Shown here: in pieces, positions 54,560 through 63,630 of the stretch
How positions within the stretch are numbered: position 1 is the first letter of the stretch
Layout of the letters: each line of letters begins with the position of its first letter
From: a virus
Lineage: Duplodnaviria; Caudoviricetes
Reading direction: 5' to 3' (one strand)
IMG/VR virus record: IMGVR_UViG_3300028581_000010
Length of the DNA stretch: 64,000 nt
Notes under the pieces: model-generated
The model's input: only the letters and a program-made list of their open reading frames with translations
What the model was told of the DNA's origin: nothing
The model's database searches: none
Program-made: the position numbers and the translations under genes

Positions 54560-57535
54560 TTAATCACAGACGCCATCGCTGATCAGTGCCGTGGCGCTAT
54601 AGAGAGAACCGGCTGGATTCGTACAACCAAGAGGCACATCCATTACCCACCCTAGAGCTTCCAATGCAGCTAAGTTCGCACGAAGTGTGTCTTTAGCTGC
54701 AGACGGCTCCGCGGCAATCGATGTCCCTGTTGAGCTAAATATAAACGTACCATCAGTCCGCCCTGCAGCAACTAGCTGCGTCGTGAGTGGTACTAGCTTA
54801 TTCGCAGATATGCTTCCGTTGTTGGCTCCTATCTCCACATAAGCAAGATTAGTTACAGTTCCCACCGCGGCAGTTGATGTAGGTAGTACGAACGAGGCAT
54901 GCCCGTTATAGTCACTGCAACCACTTATAATAAGAGACATCAGCGATGTCATTCCGGACATATCCTGTAAACCAGTATCATCGTGCCCTGCAGAGGCTGT
55001 AATGGTGATTTCCTCAAGAGCTGGAAAGCCGGTGGAATCGGTTACAACCAAACCGCCGTAGTTCCCCTGACCACTCTCTGAAATTGTTAACCTCTGCAGG
55101 CTCGGCGCATCCCACGTACTATCGATGAATAGCTGCGTATATCTGAAGCTATTCTGTATAGTTATATCTGTCAAACTGGTCCAGCCGGTGAAGTCTATGT
55201 CTAAGTCTCCATATATGCCGGTTATGTTAGTAAGTGTGAGAGATGTAAGCGAGGACATGCCCGTTGTGTTGAGTACTTGCAAACCATCATAACCGCAATC
55301 GTTGATAGCGAGTGACGTGAGCGCTGTAAGCCCAGAGCAGTCTGACAAAATAAACGAGTTCGTGGCCATCGGAAAGCCATTTCCACAATAGTCAAACACC
55401 AGCACGGTCAGCGAGCCAAGGGCGGATGTGTCGTCGATGACAAAATCGGAGTGACGTGAGCAGTTCGCAAATGCTAGTGATTGAACCGGACAACCTGCAG
55501 CAACTGCAAAGCTTATGGGGTGACATGTGTCATTCGGTAGGTCAGCCACTAGCATAGCAGGAGTGCGCGCGTTTGCCACCAATTGCATAGTGTTATCATA
55601 GACGCGCAGACCATACTCACAAGATCCATCATCGCAGCCTGCACTAGGGTTGTAGTTGGTTGCAGTTGGTTCTGTGCATCCAGGATACCCACTTGCATAA
55701 CATGATCCATCATCGTAGGCTGCTGCCGAATCATAAGCACAATAAAGTGGGTCCATACATCCTGGAGTACCATAAGCGCAAGATCCATCATCGCAGCTTG
55801 CACCAGGGTTGTAGTTGGTTGCAGTCGGCTCCAGGCAGCCGTAAACTGGGTCTGCTACACAAATACCAAATGCATTACCGCAGTAAGTACTTCCGTAGCA
55901 AGATCCATCATCGCACGAGGCACCAGAGTTGTAATTGCAGGACCCGTTGTTGGCTATACATCCAAAGTAACCACTTGCGGCACAAGAGCCGTCGTCATAG
56001 GTTGCTGCTGGATCATAAGCACAATAGGTGGGGTCCATACATCCTGGAACATCATGATAGTCACAGATATATATGCTACCAGTCCAGCCTTTTGTGTCTT
56101 TTAAACTAGTCCATTTATTGCAAAATTCGTACGTGTAACCATACCCTGGCCACGCCGTAATATAGATATAACCATCGTTAGGCCCATTGCTCAGCAGCGC
56201 GGCAAAAAGGAGGTCCATGTCCCAGCTATTAAACGACGTGTTACCGTCGTGTATCTCGAGGTGAGAAAGCGTTGTACTTATCGCCGAAGTGTCTGGAAGT
56301 ACAAATGTATTATGTATATTGTCCCCTCCAGCTTGTTGTAAAATCAGCTCTGTCAGACCTGTTAATCCAGAAAAGTCGACTATGCGCAAGGGGCTGTTGC
56401 TTGCGACAAAATTTGCAAATGTAAGGCTGGTCAACCCCGCCCCACCTATGAGAATCAATGGATTGCAGTCGGCACCGGCGATGTTGCTAAATGTTGGAGT
56501 TGCGCTGCCGTTAGAATACCCCAACAGCTTGCCAGGAGTAGCGCCAGATCCTGCTAATACGGTAAGGTCCTTCTGAGCTGCTCCGCCTCCACCACCTCCA
56601 GATTGAGCAACCCAGCTGCGCGTGCCACTGGTTGTAGAACTTAATACGTAGCCATTTACTGAAGGATTGCCTAAGGGAGGCTCGCCATTGGTCAAACCAG
56701 CGAGCTTGTCCTTCTCTGTAGTAGTATAATCGTTGGTAGATAGCCCCTTGCCAGCGACGGTATCTACCTTGCTGCCTAGTGCCGTAGCCACGTCCAAAGC
56801 ATTAGCCTTGGCATTCAGCGCGTCCTGTAGGCTCGAGACATCGCTAATAGAATGATAGTGCGTGCTTGCTGCCTTACCGGCGAGGGCATCGGTAAGACCT
56901 GTTATGTCAGATATGCCATAGGTATGCGTGTGCCACGTATCTGCCTTACCAGAAAGTGCTGTGGCAGTGGCCGAGCTGACCGGTTTGTCTGCGTCGGACG
57001 TATTGTCGACGTTACCGAGCCCGACCATCGTCTTGTCATAGTCTCCGCTTTGAGGCGCAATTGCCCCTACACGGCCGTTGAACGATGTGACCGCATCACT
57101 GGTATCAACCTTCTGCCAATCCGTGCCATTTGAGATGATCCAGTCGCCCAGGTTGAAGTCTATAGTCGAGAACGTCCCCGCGGTGGAGACGATGTAATAC
57201 TTTCCTTTAGCTAGCGAGGCCAGCCCAACGGCTGGAGTGTTCGTGGAAGCGTTCCACGTGCCTGCATAGGAAACCTGACCAAGAATAGAGTCTGGTAGCT
57301 GATCTGTGGGAATCTTGGCATCAGCACCAAGCGTTGCTACACCTGAAGCAGCTCCCTTCTCGGACGTGCTGATCTTCAGACTTAAGTCCGAGGTCGTTGC
57401 AAGGCCGGCAGGTAGCGTAGAACTGGCTAGCTTCCCGTCAGCTCCTAGTAAAACTAGTTTATGCTTGTCGGCTGTCCCAGAACTCTCTACTACCGCACCA
57501 GTTGCTGAAATGCGTGAGAGAATGTTGTTTTCCAT
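54560..57535 (-). CDS. Tail fibre / receptor-binding-like protein with LRR-like blocks and Cys-rich GCxDP..DDGSC repeats
   Basis: EKGAASGVATLG, YAGTWNASTN, GLGNVDNTSDADKPVS, HTHT..ISDITGL repeats; five GC...DDGSC units; LxxLxL repeats. Confidence 0.8.
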   Translation of the reverse strand: MENNILSRISATGAVVESSGTADKHKLVLLGADGKLASSTLPAGLATTSDLSLKISTSEKGAASGVATLGADAKIPTDQLPDSILGQVSYAGTWNASTNTPAVGLASLAKGKYYIVSTAGTFSTIDFNLGDWIISNGTDWQKVDTSDAVTSFNGRVGAIAPQSGDYDKTMVGLGNVDNTSDADKPVSSATATALSGKADTWHTHTYGISDITGLTDALAGKAASTHYHSISDVSSLQDALNAKANALDVATALGSKVDTVAGKGLSTNDYTTTEKDKLAGLTNGEPPLGNPSVNGYVLSSTTSGTRSWVAQSGGGGGGAAQKDLTVLAGSGATPGKLLGYSNGSATPTFSNIAGADCNPLILIGGAGLTSLTFANFVASNSPLRIVDFSGLTGLTELILQQAGGDNIHNTFVLPDTSAISTTLSHLEIHDGNTSFNSWDMDLLFAALLSNGPNDGYIYITAWPGYGYTYEFCNKWTSLKDTKGWTGSIYICDYHDVPGCMDPTYCAYDPAATYDDGSCAASGYFGCIANNGSCNYNSGASCDDGSCYGSTYCGNAFGICVADPVYGCLEPTATNYNPGASCDDGSCAYGTPGCMDPLYCAYDSAAAYDDGSCYASGYPGCTEPTATNYNPSAGCDDGSCEYGLRVYDNTMQLVANARTPAMLVADLPNDTCHPISFAVAAGCPVQSLAFANCSRHSDFVIDDTSALGSLTVLVFDYCGNGFPMATNSFILSDCSGLTALTSLAINDCGYDGLQVLNTTGMSSLTSLTLTNITGIYGDLDIDFTGWTSLTDITIQNSFRYTQLFIDSTWDAPSLQRLTISESGQGNYGGLVVTDSTGFPALEEITITASAGHDDTGLQDMSGMTSLMSLIISGCSDYNGHASFVLPTSTAAVGTVTNLAYVEIGANNGSISANKLVPLTTQLVAAGRTDGTFIFSSTGTSIAAEPSAAKDTLRANLAALEALGWVMDVPLGCTNPAGSLYSATALISDGVCD

Positions 57536-57654
57536 CTAGATGGATCAGGTATTTAACTACTCTATCACAAATAGAAAGGCTGTGCCAGAATATTTCTACT
57601 CCGGCACAGCCTTTTGGGTCTGGATTATGTGTATCTGTCTCTTTTCTCTGTCTC

Positions 57655-57879
57655 TTAGTTGAATACGATGTTTACAGCGCCATTGCCGTTAGGTAGGACG
57701 TTGAGGTTGAACCGTTTGACTTGTGTGAATTGAAGTCCGTCAGGAAGTGTGATAATTGCAGGGTCTGCTGAGGCAATCAGTGTGATGAGTGCTGTAACTT
57801 GTGCTGCTGTGATTTGAGCCCGTGCTGTAACCGGAGGTTCAGGAAGAGCGACGATTGTTGGAGTAATTGTATCTGCCAT
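57655..57879 (-). CDS. Small hypothetical protein upstream of the fibre gene
   Basis: 74-aa ORF. Confidence 0.65.
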   Translation of the reverse strand: MADTITPTIVALPEPPVTARAQITAAQVTALITLIASADPAIITLPDGLQFTQVKRFNLNVLPNGNGAVNIVFN

Positions 57880-57906
57880 AGTGTTTGTCTTTTGGTTTAC
57901 TGTTGT

Positions 57907-58380
57907 TTACTGAGTTTGTTTATAAATTGTGTCAAAAGGAGTACCAGCTGTCAAACTTAAAGTTTTTGTGGCTGCGGAGGTATGCGGAGGAGTTGTTGGA
58001 GCTGGATGTGACTTGTTAGAATCCTTCTCCTCCAGACGAATACGCATCTCGTGATCTGTTGTGGTCTGCTGCAGGCTCTCCACCGCGGATTGAAGCCTAC
58101 CAGCCCACCATACCGTAGTACCTATCTGAACAAGCACGCCTACGAGAATAGCTGCAAACACGGTTTTTAGAAAGTTAAACAAGCCGTCGCGCTCCTGAAT
58201 AGTGACTCTGAGTGTATTAACGTCGCTGCGAGTAAGGTCCAAACTGGTTCCGATACGACTAAGGGCAGCTTCATGCCGTTCTATATTCTTATCGACTTCA
58301 TCCAGTCTAGGTGTAATTGCCATGCAAACGCCATCGTTTGGGCAAGCTGCAGGTGGGGTGTGTAAATAGGGTGGGGCCAT
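57907..58380 (-). CDS. Coiled-coil, single-TM, coiled-coil membrane protein (holin/spanin-like architecture)
   Basis: Heptads, hydrophobic FAAILVGVLVQIGTTVWWAG, HEMRIRLEE; start uncertain. Confidence 0.6.
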   Translation of the reverse strand: MAPPYLHTPPAACPNDGVCMAITPRLDEVDKNIERHEAALSRIGTSLDLTRSDVNTLRVTIQERDGLFNFLKTVFAAILVGVLVQIGTTVWWAGRLQSAVESLQQTTTDHEMRIRLEEKDSNKSHPAPTTPPHTSAATKTLSLTAGTPFDTIYKQTQ

Positions 58381-58421
58381 GGTGCTTAATGTTTCTAATG
58401 GTAATGCTCCTGATGCACTCA

Positions 58422-61196
58422 TTATACCAAGCCCTGCTGGGCATTTAAAGGTTTAATTGATTGTGGTAGTTGATTAGTCGCGGGAACTTGTGTAGGAACT
58501 GTGTTGCGGACACCTTCCATCAGGCCTCCCTTGATATGATTGTTCTGTAGAATAGGTACAGCCCAATCGCGAAACTTCTTAGTAATATCGATCAGAGGCT
58601 TGGGGTCATCCTTTTGAATAGCCTCACCTATAGTGTTGTTGGCGCTCCTTGATAGAGTACCACGGAGCACGACGTCAACTGGCCCGAAATGCCCTGCTCT
58701 AGCCCCGCCAGCCCAGTTCTGTTTAACTCTAGCCCAGGCTTCAGGGTCGCCAACAGATATACGATTAGCAATACGCTCACCATCTGGATACTTAGGCGCC
58801 GGTGTTGGCTTGGGTGTGGCAGCTGGTCTGGGTACGTTTGACGCTAATTGAATAGCAGGCGCCGGGGGTGCCCCTGCTGTCTTGACCGTATCTGAGGGGT
58901 TCAGAGCTGAATTAAGTGCTAGCCCACCGCCACCAACGGCAAGAGCACCTGCACCAGCATAGCCTAGGCGCGTATTGCGCACATATCTAGGTAGTTCTCC
59001 TTTGATGGCGGCTACGGAGGCGTCGTATACACGTGGATCTTTCTCGATGAAACCACTAACCGACCCAGTGCCGTCTGCAATGTTAGATTCGATCATGTGA
59101 GGACGCCCAGCTTTGTCTATTCCGACGTCGAAGCCATGGTTGGCCTTGTGCAGAGGAGAATCCTTCATGCCGTCCAGTATCTGCTGCACGTGTTCCTCGG
59201 CTTTGCGTAGATTTCTGGGGCGCCACGGCAAATACGGCTCCACGGCAGATGCCACTGCGCCACCGCGGTTCATAGTGGCGAACGGAATTACTTTACCGTT
59301 TACTGTGTGTACTCTGTACTCTTTATTACCTGAAAAAGGCTTGGATACAGACTCGGGTACAAATTTATCAGCCAGCCTGGACAGCGGATTAGCCTTGGCC
59401 AGGTCCAGATCAGGTTGAACAACCCAGTCTGCATGGCTGTCAGGTGTGATATGACCCATGCTCTGCGTAAGCTTAGCCATGCGCTCGGGTGACATATTAC
59501 CTTTGTTACGAACAAACAGCTCTGGATGATCCTCGACACGGGAGTCCAACGAACCAAATCCTTTTCTCTGCTTAACCACCCAACCCTCGGGATAGGCTTT
59601 ATCAAGAGCAGCTGGATGAGCTTGCTGTGAACCAAGTACGTCGGCAAGCGTTTTAGTATTCTCTAATTCCTTAAAATGCTTGGATTCTAGAAGTTTATCG
59701 TCACCCACCTGCTTATAGAGCCTTTTCTCAGCAGGAGACACAGTATTCGTATGAGCAGGAGGCTTACCATCAAAGGTCGCCTTCATCTGTCCGGGAGTAA
59801 CAGTATCCTGGTTAAACACAAAACCACTATCGCGCATACCCTTCTGAACACGCTTGTTTCCCTTGATATCTTTTCTCGAGGCACGCTCGGTTAGCATTTT
59901 ATCTGAGTAGGCCTTGGCATTTCTACCATGTCCTGTACGCAACTCACGAGCAGCACGAACAAACGCACTAGTATCCTCGGTATCACTCTTCGGGCTGATA
60001 GTAGACAACCCCTTCTTACGTGTGGCAGCTGCTACCTCTTCACCGAACAGAGCGTTATCATAGTTGGGATTCCATAATTTTCTAAGCTTGGCTAGTATCG
60101 AGGATGGCGGTTTAACCGCCCCCTGTTTTCCCAACGTTGGCTCTTTCATCGAGGCCAAACGGGCAACAATGTCCGGTAAACACAGGACATGGGAGACTTT
60201 CTCGATAGGAAAACCTTGCAGGTCTTCTAAATACCGGACATTGCGGTCGGCTTCTTGAGCTAATTTTGGTAGAGCCTGAAGTGCCTTGTTGCTGTTTGAT
60301 TTTTTCCTACTATCTAATGCGTTGACCAGCCCGTGAGCCCGAGTAACCGTAGACGTGCCATAAGTTGCTTTCAATGAACGGAATAACGTATTATCTTCAT
60401 TCTTCGTAGGTAAACCGGGCTTCGCCGAGCTCCTTTCAAGAGAAAAACTAACAGGACTCTCCACCTGTTCAGCTGTTTTATTTAACTCACGAATATTATT
60501 CTCGATTTGAGCTATATGCATTTTGTCACGAAACTCTGCCGTCTTATCCTTGTTAAACAGCCTATGCAGCGCATCTATCTCCTGAGGAGGTAATGCTTCT
60601 ATTCCTGGACGAATCTTACCCAGCTGCTCCTTGGCGAATTGATCATGATTGTCTATATACTTCTCTCTCGCCTGCATTGCTGCTGTACCAAGCTCGGGAT
60701 GCTTCTCTATCTGTGCGATCAATCTGGCCTGGTCTGTGGGATGCATGGTAGACAGTGCTCCTGTTATGGACTCTCTCGCTGCTTCCTGCCCGTAGAATTG
60801 TGCCTTGGCACCTGCATGTGCATTGTTGATCTTATCTATTGTCTTCTTCGTCAGCTGGTCTCCCTGGTTCTCTCTGAATTTCGTCATCTGACCTCTGCCG
60901 GACATTAACCCGCCTAGTAGACCTGTTGCTGCTCCTATGCCACCACCTGTGAGTATTGCTTTGGTATATTTCTGCTGAGATTCCTCTGGTGTGAGCTCGG
61001 GTTCGTCTTCTTTTCTATTGTGCTGGGCAATATACTCCTTTACTCCACCCGATGCGGCACCTACCGTACCACCCGTGAGCGTTCCTATGCCTCCGTGCAG
61101 CATATAGAAATTCTTCAATTTCAGCTTGTCTACGAAGTTCTTCTTTACGAGATCCGCTATCTCTTTCTCTAGGGCGGGATTTACAATTCCAGGCAT
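58422..61196 (-). CDS. Large modular protein: Gly-zipper TM hairpin, then a RimK/ATP-grasp ligase domain with a C-terminal Gly-rich helix
   Basis: GWVVKQRKGFGS, WVVQPDL, EYRVHTVNGKV, GFDVGID..G..HMIESN; separators NKTAE, EKVS, GKQGA, VKTAG. Confidence 0.8.
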   Translation of the reverse strand: MPGIVNPALEKEIADLVKKNFVDKLKLKNFYMLHGGIGTLTGGTVGAASGGVKEYIAQHNRKEDEPELTPEESQQKYTKAILTGGGIGAATGLLGGLMSGRGQMTKFRENQGDQLTKKTIDKINNAHAGAKAQFYGQEAARESITGALSTMHPTDQARLIAQIEKHPELGTAAMQAREKYIDNHDQFAKEQLGKIRPGIEALPPQEIDALHRLFNKDKTAEFRDKMHIAQIENNIRELNKTAEQVESPVSFSLERSSAKPGLPTKNEDNTLFRSLKATYGTSTVTRAHGLVNALDSRKKSNSNKALQALPKLAQEADRNVRYLEDLQGFPIEKVSHVLCLPDIVARLASMKEPTLGKQGAVKPPSSILAKLRKLWNPNYDNALFGEEVAAATRKKGLSTISPKSDTEDTSAFVRAARELRTGHGRNAKAYSDKMLTERASRKDIKGNKRVQKGMRDSGFVFNQDTVTPGQMKATFDGKPPAHTNTVSPAEKRLYKQVGDDKLLESKHFKELENTKTLADVLGSQQAHPAALDKAYPEGWVVKQRKGFGSLDSRVEDHPELFVRNKGNMSPERMAKLTQSMGHITPDSHADWVVQPDLDLAKANPLSRLADKFVPESVSKPFSGNKEYRVHTVNGKVIPFATMNRGGAVASAVEPYLPWRPRNLRKAEEHVQQILDGMKDSPLHKANHGFDVGIDKAGRPHMIESNIADGTGSVSGFIEKDPRVYDASVAAIKGELPRYVRNTRLGYAGAGALAVGGGGLALNSALNPSDTVKTAGAPPAPAIQLASNVPRPAATPKPTPAPKYPDGERIANRISVGDPEAWARVKQNWAGGARAGHFGPVDVVLRGTLSRSANNTIGEAIQKDDPKPLIDITKKFRDWAVPILQNNHIKGGLMEGVRNTVPTQVPATNQLPQSIKPLNAQQGLV

Positions 61197-61261
61197 ATTG
61201 TTATTATATAGAACTCGTTAGCTAAAGAAAAGAGTTTTTGAGGCTCTCTTCCTGTGAATTG

Positions 61262-61561
61262 TTACGAATTGTACCTCATGGCCTTCCTAACTACTCTGTC
61301 ATGTATCTTCTTGCTGAACTTATACATGTAGACTTCGGTCGGCCAGACCGATACGACGACATCCGCATTGGTATCTGCTGCTATTGCGCAGCAAAAACAG
61401 CTTCTCAGATGCTTGTCGTAAAACAGCTCGTATCTGCGCTCCTGGTTGCCGGAGAGCTTGACCGTTCTACCCGCTGCTATTAGCCCGAGGAGTTCGCTCT
61501 CCGAGGTTCTAGTGCGCTGATGCAGCCTCAGGCGAGCATGATCCGTTAGTAATACTGGCAT
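61262..61561 (-). CDS. Small protein with an LTDHARLRLHQR start, typical of DUF4258/RNase-like folds
   Basis: N-terminal H-A-x-x-R motif and C-terminal VVVSVWP strand. Confidence 0.55.
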   Translation of the reverse strand: MPVLLTDHARLRLHQRTRTSESELLGLIAAGRTVKLSGNQERRYELFYDKHLRSCFCCAIAADTNADVVVSVWPTEVYMYKFSKKIHDRVVRKAMRYNS

Positions 61562-61562
61562 G

Positions 61563-61784
61563 TCAGTGTCCCATTAGGCGCAAGCGGCCCACCAGCTCGC
61601 CATTGCAGTCTCTCGCCTTCCACTCGATGAACTCCTCATCGAACTCGTGCAGCTCTGTACCGTATAGCACGAGCACCTCCGTTTTCAGTACAATATCCAG
61701 GTCGAAACCTGGACCGATGGGTGGCTTTACCTGTGCCGCGAGGCATGCCGCTTCCCCTGTGAGTATCTTTAGAACTTTCATCAC
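61563..61784 (-). CDS. Hypothetical protein
   Basis: ATGA overlap. Confidence 0.6.
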   Translation of the reverse strand: MMKVLKILTGEAACLAAQVKPPIGPGFDLDIVLKTEVLVLYGTELHEFDEEFIEWKARDCNGELVGRLRLMGH

Positions 61785-62044
61785 CAGACTCCAGTGTGTG
61801 TTGACATTCTCAGCAGCGACTCACTCTGGTCCTCCCAGGATGCAGGCAACGGAGGCGGAGGAGGAAAGCGCTGCGCTATCTTCTTCAGATTAATTCTGCA
61901 CAGCACGTCCAGCCCCGCAGTCTGGCTCGGCTTTGTTTCCTTAGCCTCGCGCACGGCGTCCATGACCTCCGAAATGAGCTCCACCTGAGACTTACCCTCC
62001 TGCGAGCTGATGGTCTCTAACTTATTCAATATTTCCTTCCACAT
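61781..62044 (-). CDS. Hypothetical protein
   Basis: Behind a TGGTATAAT box at about 62086-62094. Confidence 0.65.
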   Translation of the reverse strand: MWKEILNKLETISSQEGKSQVELISEVMDAVREAKETKPSQTAGLDVLCRINLKKIAQRFPPPPPLPASWEDQSESLLRMSTHTGVW

Positions 62045-62103
62045 TTGTAAATTTCCTGTTGGTTATAACAGGCTCCTTCAATGGATTATACCAGCATTCA
62101 CGA

Positions 62104-62146
62104 GCTAAAAAGAAGAAAGGAGAGGGCCCATCGCTGGACCCCCTCC
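62104..62146 (-). terminator. Intrinsic terminator (GCGA-containing loop) ending TTTTTAGC
   Basis: ggagggggtccagcgatgggccctctcctttcttctttttagc. Confidence 0.75.
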
Positions 62147-62242
62147 TGGTTTTCTTTTCCTCCACGTTTGAAGTCGTGGAGTCTTCGGGCCATCTGTGGC
62201 GTTAGTCCCCCGTACGGAGGGTGGCCTATGACCCGAAATTTG

Positions 62243-62659
62243 TTAGTGCGCCTTGACCTTCGCCTTGCCCGCGGGCGCCGACTCCACAGGGAGCGGAGCT
62301 GCTTCGGCAGGCGCTGCTTCGGCAGGCGCCACCTCGATGGCTTGGGCGGGCTGCTGCTGAAGCTGCTCCTTGGCGGCCTGGGCCATACCCTGGAGTTGTC
62401 CGATCAGCGCGCCGAGCGCTTGGGTGTCCTGCTTCGCCACGACTCCGTCGGGAATCGAGACGATGAGCGGCTTTGTGCGCCCGCCGATTTTCTCGGCCAG
62501 GCTGTCGATGTGTCCGTCGAGAGGCGCGAACGCCAAACGGCTGACCCGGTCACCAAGCTCGACTCCGAGCTTGGCTGTGAAGCCGACGACCAGACCGGCC
62601 GCGGCGAGTTGGAAAAGCCCGACGCCTGGGGCGGCGGGAGATGTGGTGATACCTTCCAT
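62243..62659 (-). CDS. Ala/Gln/Pro-rich protein with an N-terminal TM helix
   Basis: GC-rich ORF with its own promoter (about 62746-62754) and terminator. Confidence 0.7.
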   Translation of the reverse strand: MEGITTSPAAPGVGLFQLAAAGLVVGFTAKLGVELGDRVSRLAFAPLDGHIDSLAEKIGGRTKPLIVSIPDGVVAKQDTQALGALIGQLQGMAQAAKEQLQQQPAQAIEVAPAEAAPAEAAPLPVESAPAGKAKVKAH

Positions 62660-62861
62660 GGTTTTATTTGTTATTTGGTTTCTTGATCGGTTGCTGGCTA
62701 ATCTTTGCCCATTTCTGGGCGCAGCTAGTAGCTTCCTCTCAATTTATTATACCATTTTACACCCCCAAAACTCGGGGGGGGCACGCCTGAATAGAGGCTA
62801 ATTGGGCTTTTCGACCTCTCTGGAAGTGTTACCATTCCCATCCGCGGCTGCGGTCATTGGG

Positions 62862-63125
62862 TTAGCTCGCTTGGGCGGGGACTTTGCCTCCGCGCAGGTT
62901 GTTCATGCGGGCCCGCTCGAGCTCACGAGCCTTCCACGGGCTCTTGCGCTTATTGGCTGGGTTACGGTTTTTGTCGAGGAAGTCGGTGAAGCAATGCGCT
63001 CCCTTGAAGATTACGACCTGCTGGTCGACGGCCTTGGAGCCGTTTTGGGGAAAGTCTGCCTGTGCCCCCTTGATAACTTTTCTGCAATATCCTGCCTTGC
63101 GGAAGGAACGAACGGTGTGTCTCAT
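62862..63125 (-). CDS. Basic hypothetical protein
   Basis: ATG 63125 behind an AC-rich leader. Confidence 0.5.
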   Translation of the reverse strand: MRHTVRSFRKAGYCRKVIKGAQADFPQNGSKAVDQQVVIFKGAHCFTDFLDKNRNPANKRKSPWKARELERARMNNLRGGKVPAQAS

Positions 63126-63159
63126 GATGATTTTGTTACTGCGGTTTTGTTGTTTGTTG

Positions 63160-63630
63160 CTAGCGTTCCCAAAAGTTCCACCAGGGTTTCTCCTTTGGGC
63201 GATACTGTGCGTGCCTCCCAACGTATTGGGCTGTGATGTGGCGGGCCTTCATATCTATAAGCAGGGCGAGACCGTGAATGTGATGTGGCTTCTTGCATCG
63301 AATGAAGACGTCCGCATCATAGCTTTCGTACCACGTGGATGGCCCGCTTGCTGCCACGATCTTTATATGAAACTGTAAAGGCTCGAAGGTGTCTGCAAGC
63401 TTATGCATCTCCGAGAAATAGACTGGTAGCTTGCGCGCCACCAGGTTGTGAAGGTGTAGCACACCGGGGTAGCCGCGCATGTCCTCATACTGAGGCTGCT
63501 CGGTCATGTTCTGTTTGAATGTTGTGACTGAGATGCGTTTCTTCAGTTTAAGAAAAGCAGCCACGGCTTCTTGCTCGGGAGTACCTGGGTGCCAGGCCAG
63601 AGCTAAAATCTTTTCATCGGTAGCGTTCAT
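63160..63630 (-). CDS. Hypothetical protein
   Basis: 156-aa ORF ending KPWWNFW. Confidence 0.65.
   Translation of the reverse strand: MNATDEKILALAWHPGTPEQEAVAAFLKLKKRISVTTFKQNMTEQPQYEDMRGYPGVLHLHNLVARKLPVYFSEMHKLADTFEPLQFHIKIVAASGPSTWYESYDADVFIRCKKPHHIHGLALLIDMKARHITAQYVGRHAQYRPKEKPWWNFWER

Noticed and set aside
54560-57535. Diversity-generating retroelement target in the fibre gene
   Set aside because: The Cys repeats differ at all base types rather than specifically at adenines; no reverse transcriptase or separate template repeat is visible in the window
62762-62782. G8 tract as a phase-variable promoter element
   Set aside because: It lies upstream of the -35/-10 spacer and is one arm of a CCCCC/GGGGG hairpin; no evidence of length variation
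62800-62885. Programmed frameshift extending ORF 62862..63125
   Set aside because: An alternative frame stays open after the CCCC run, but it has no recognisable motif or stimulatory structure
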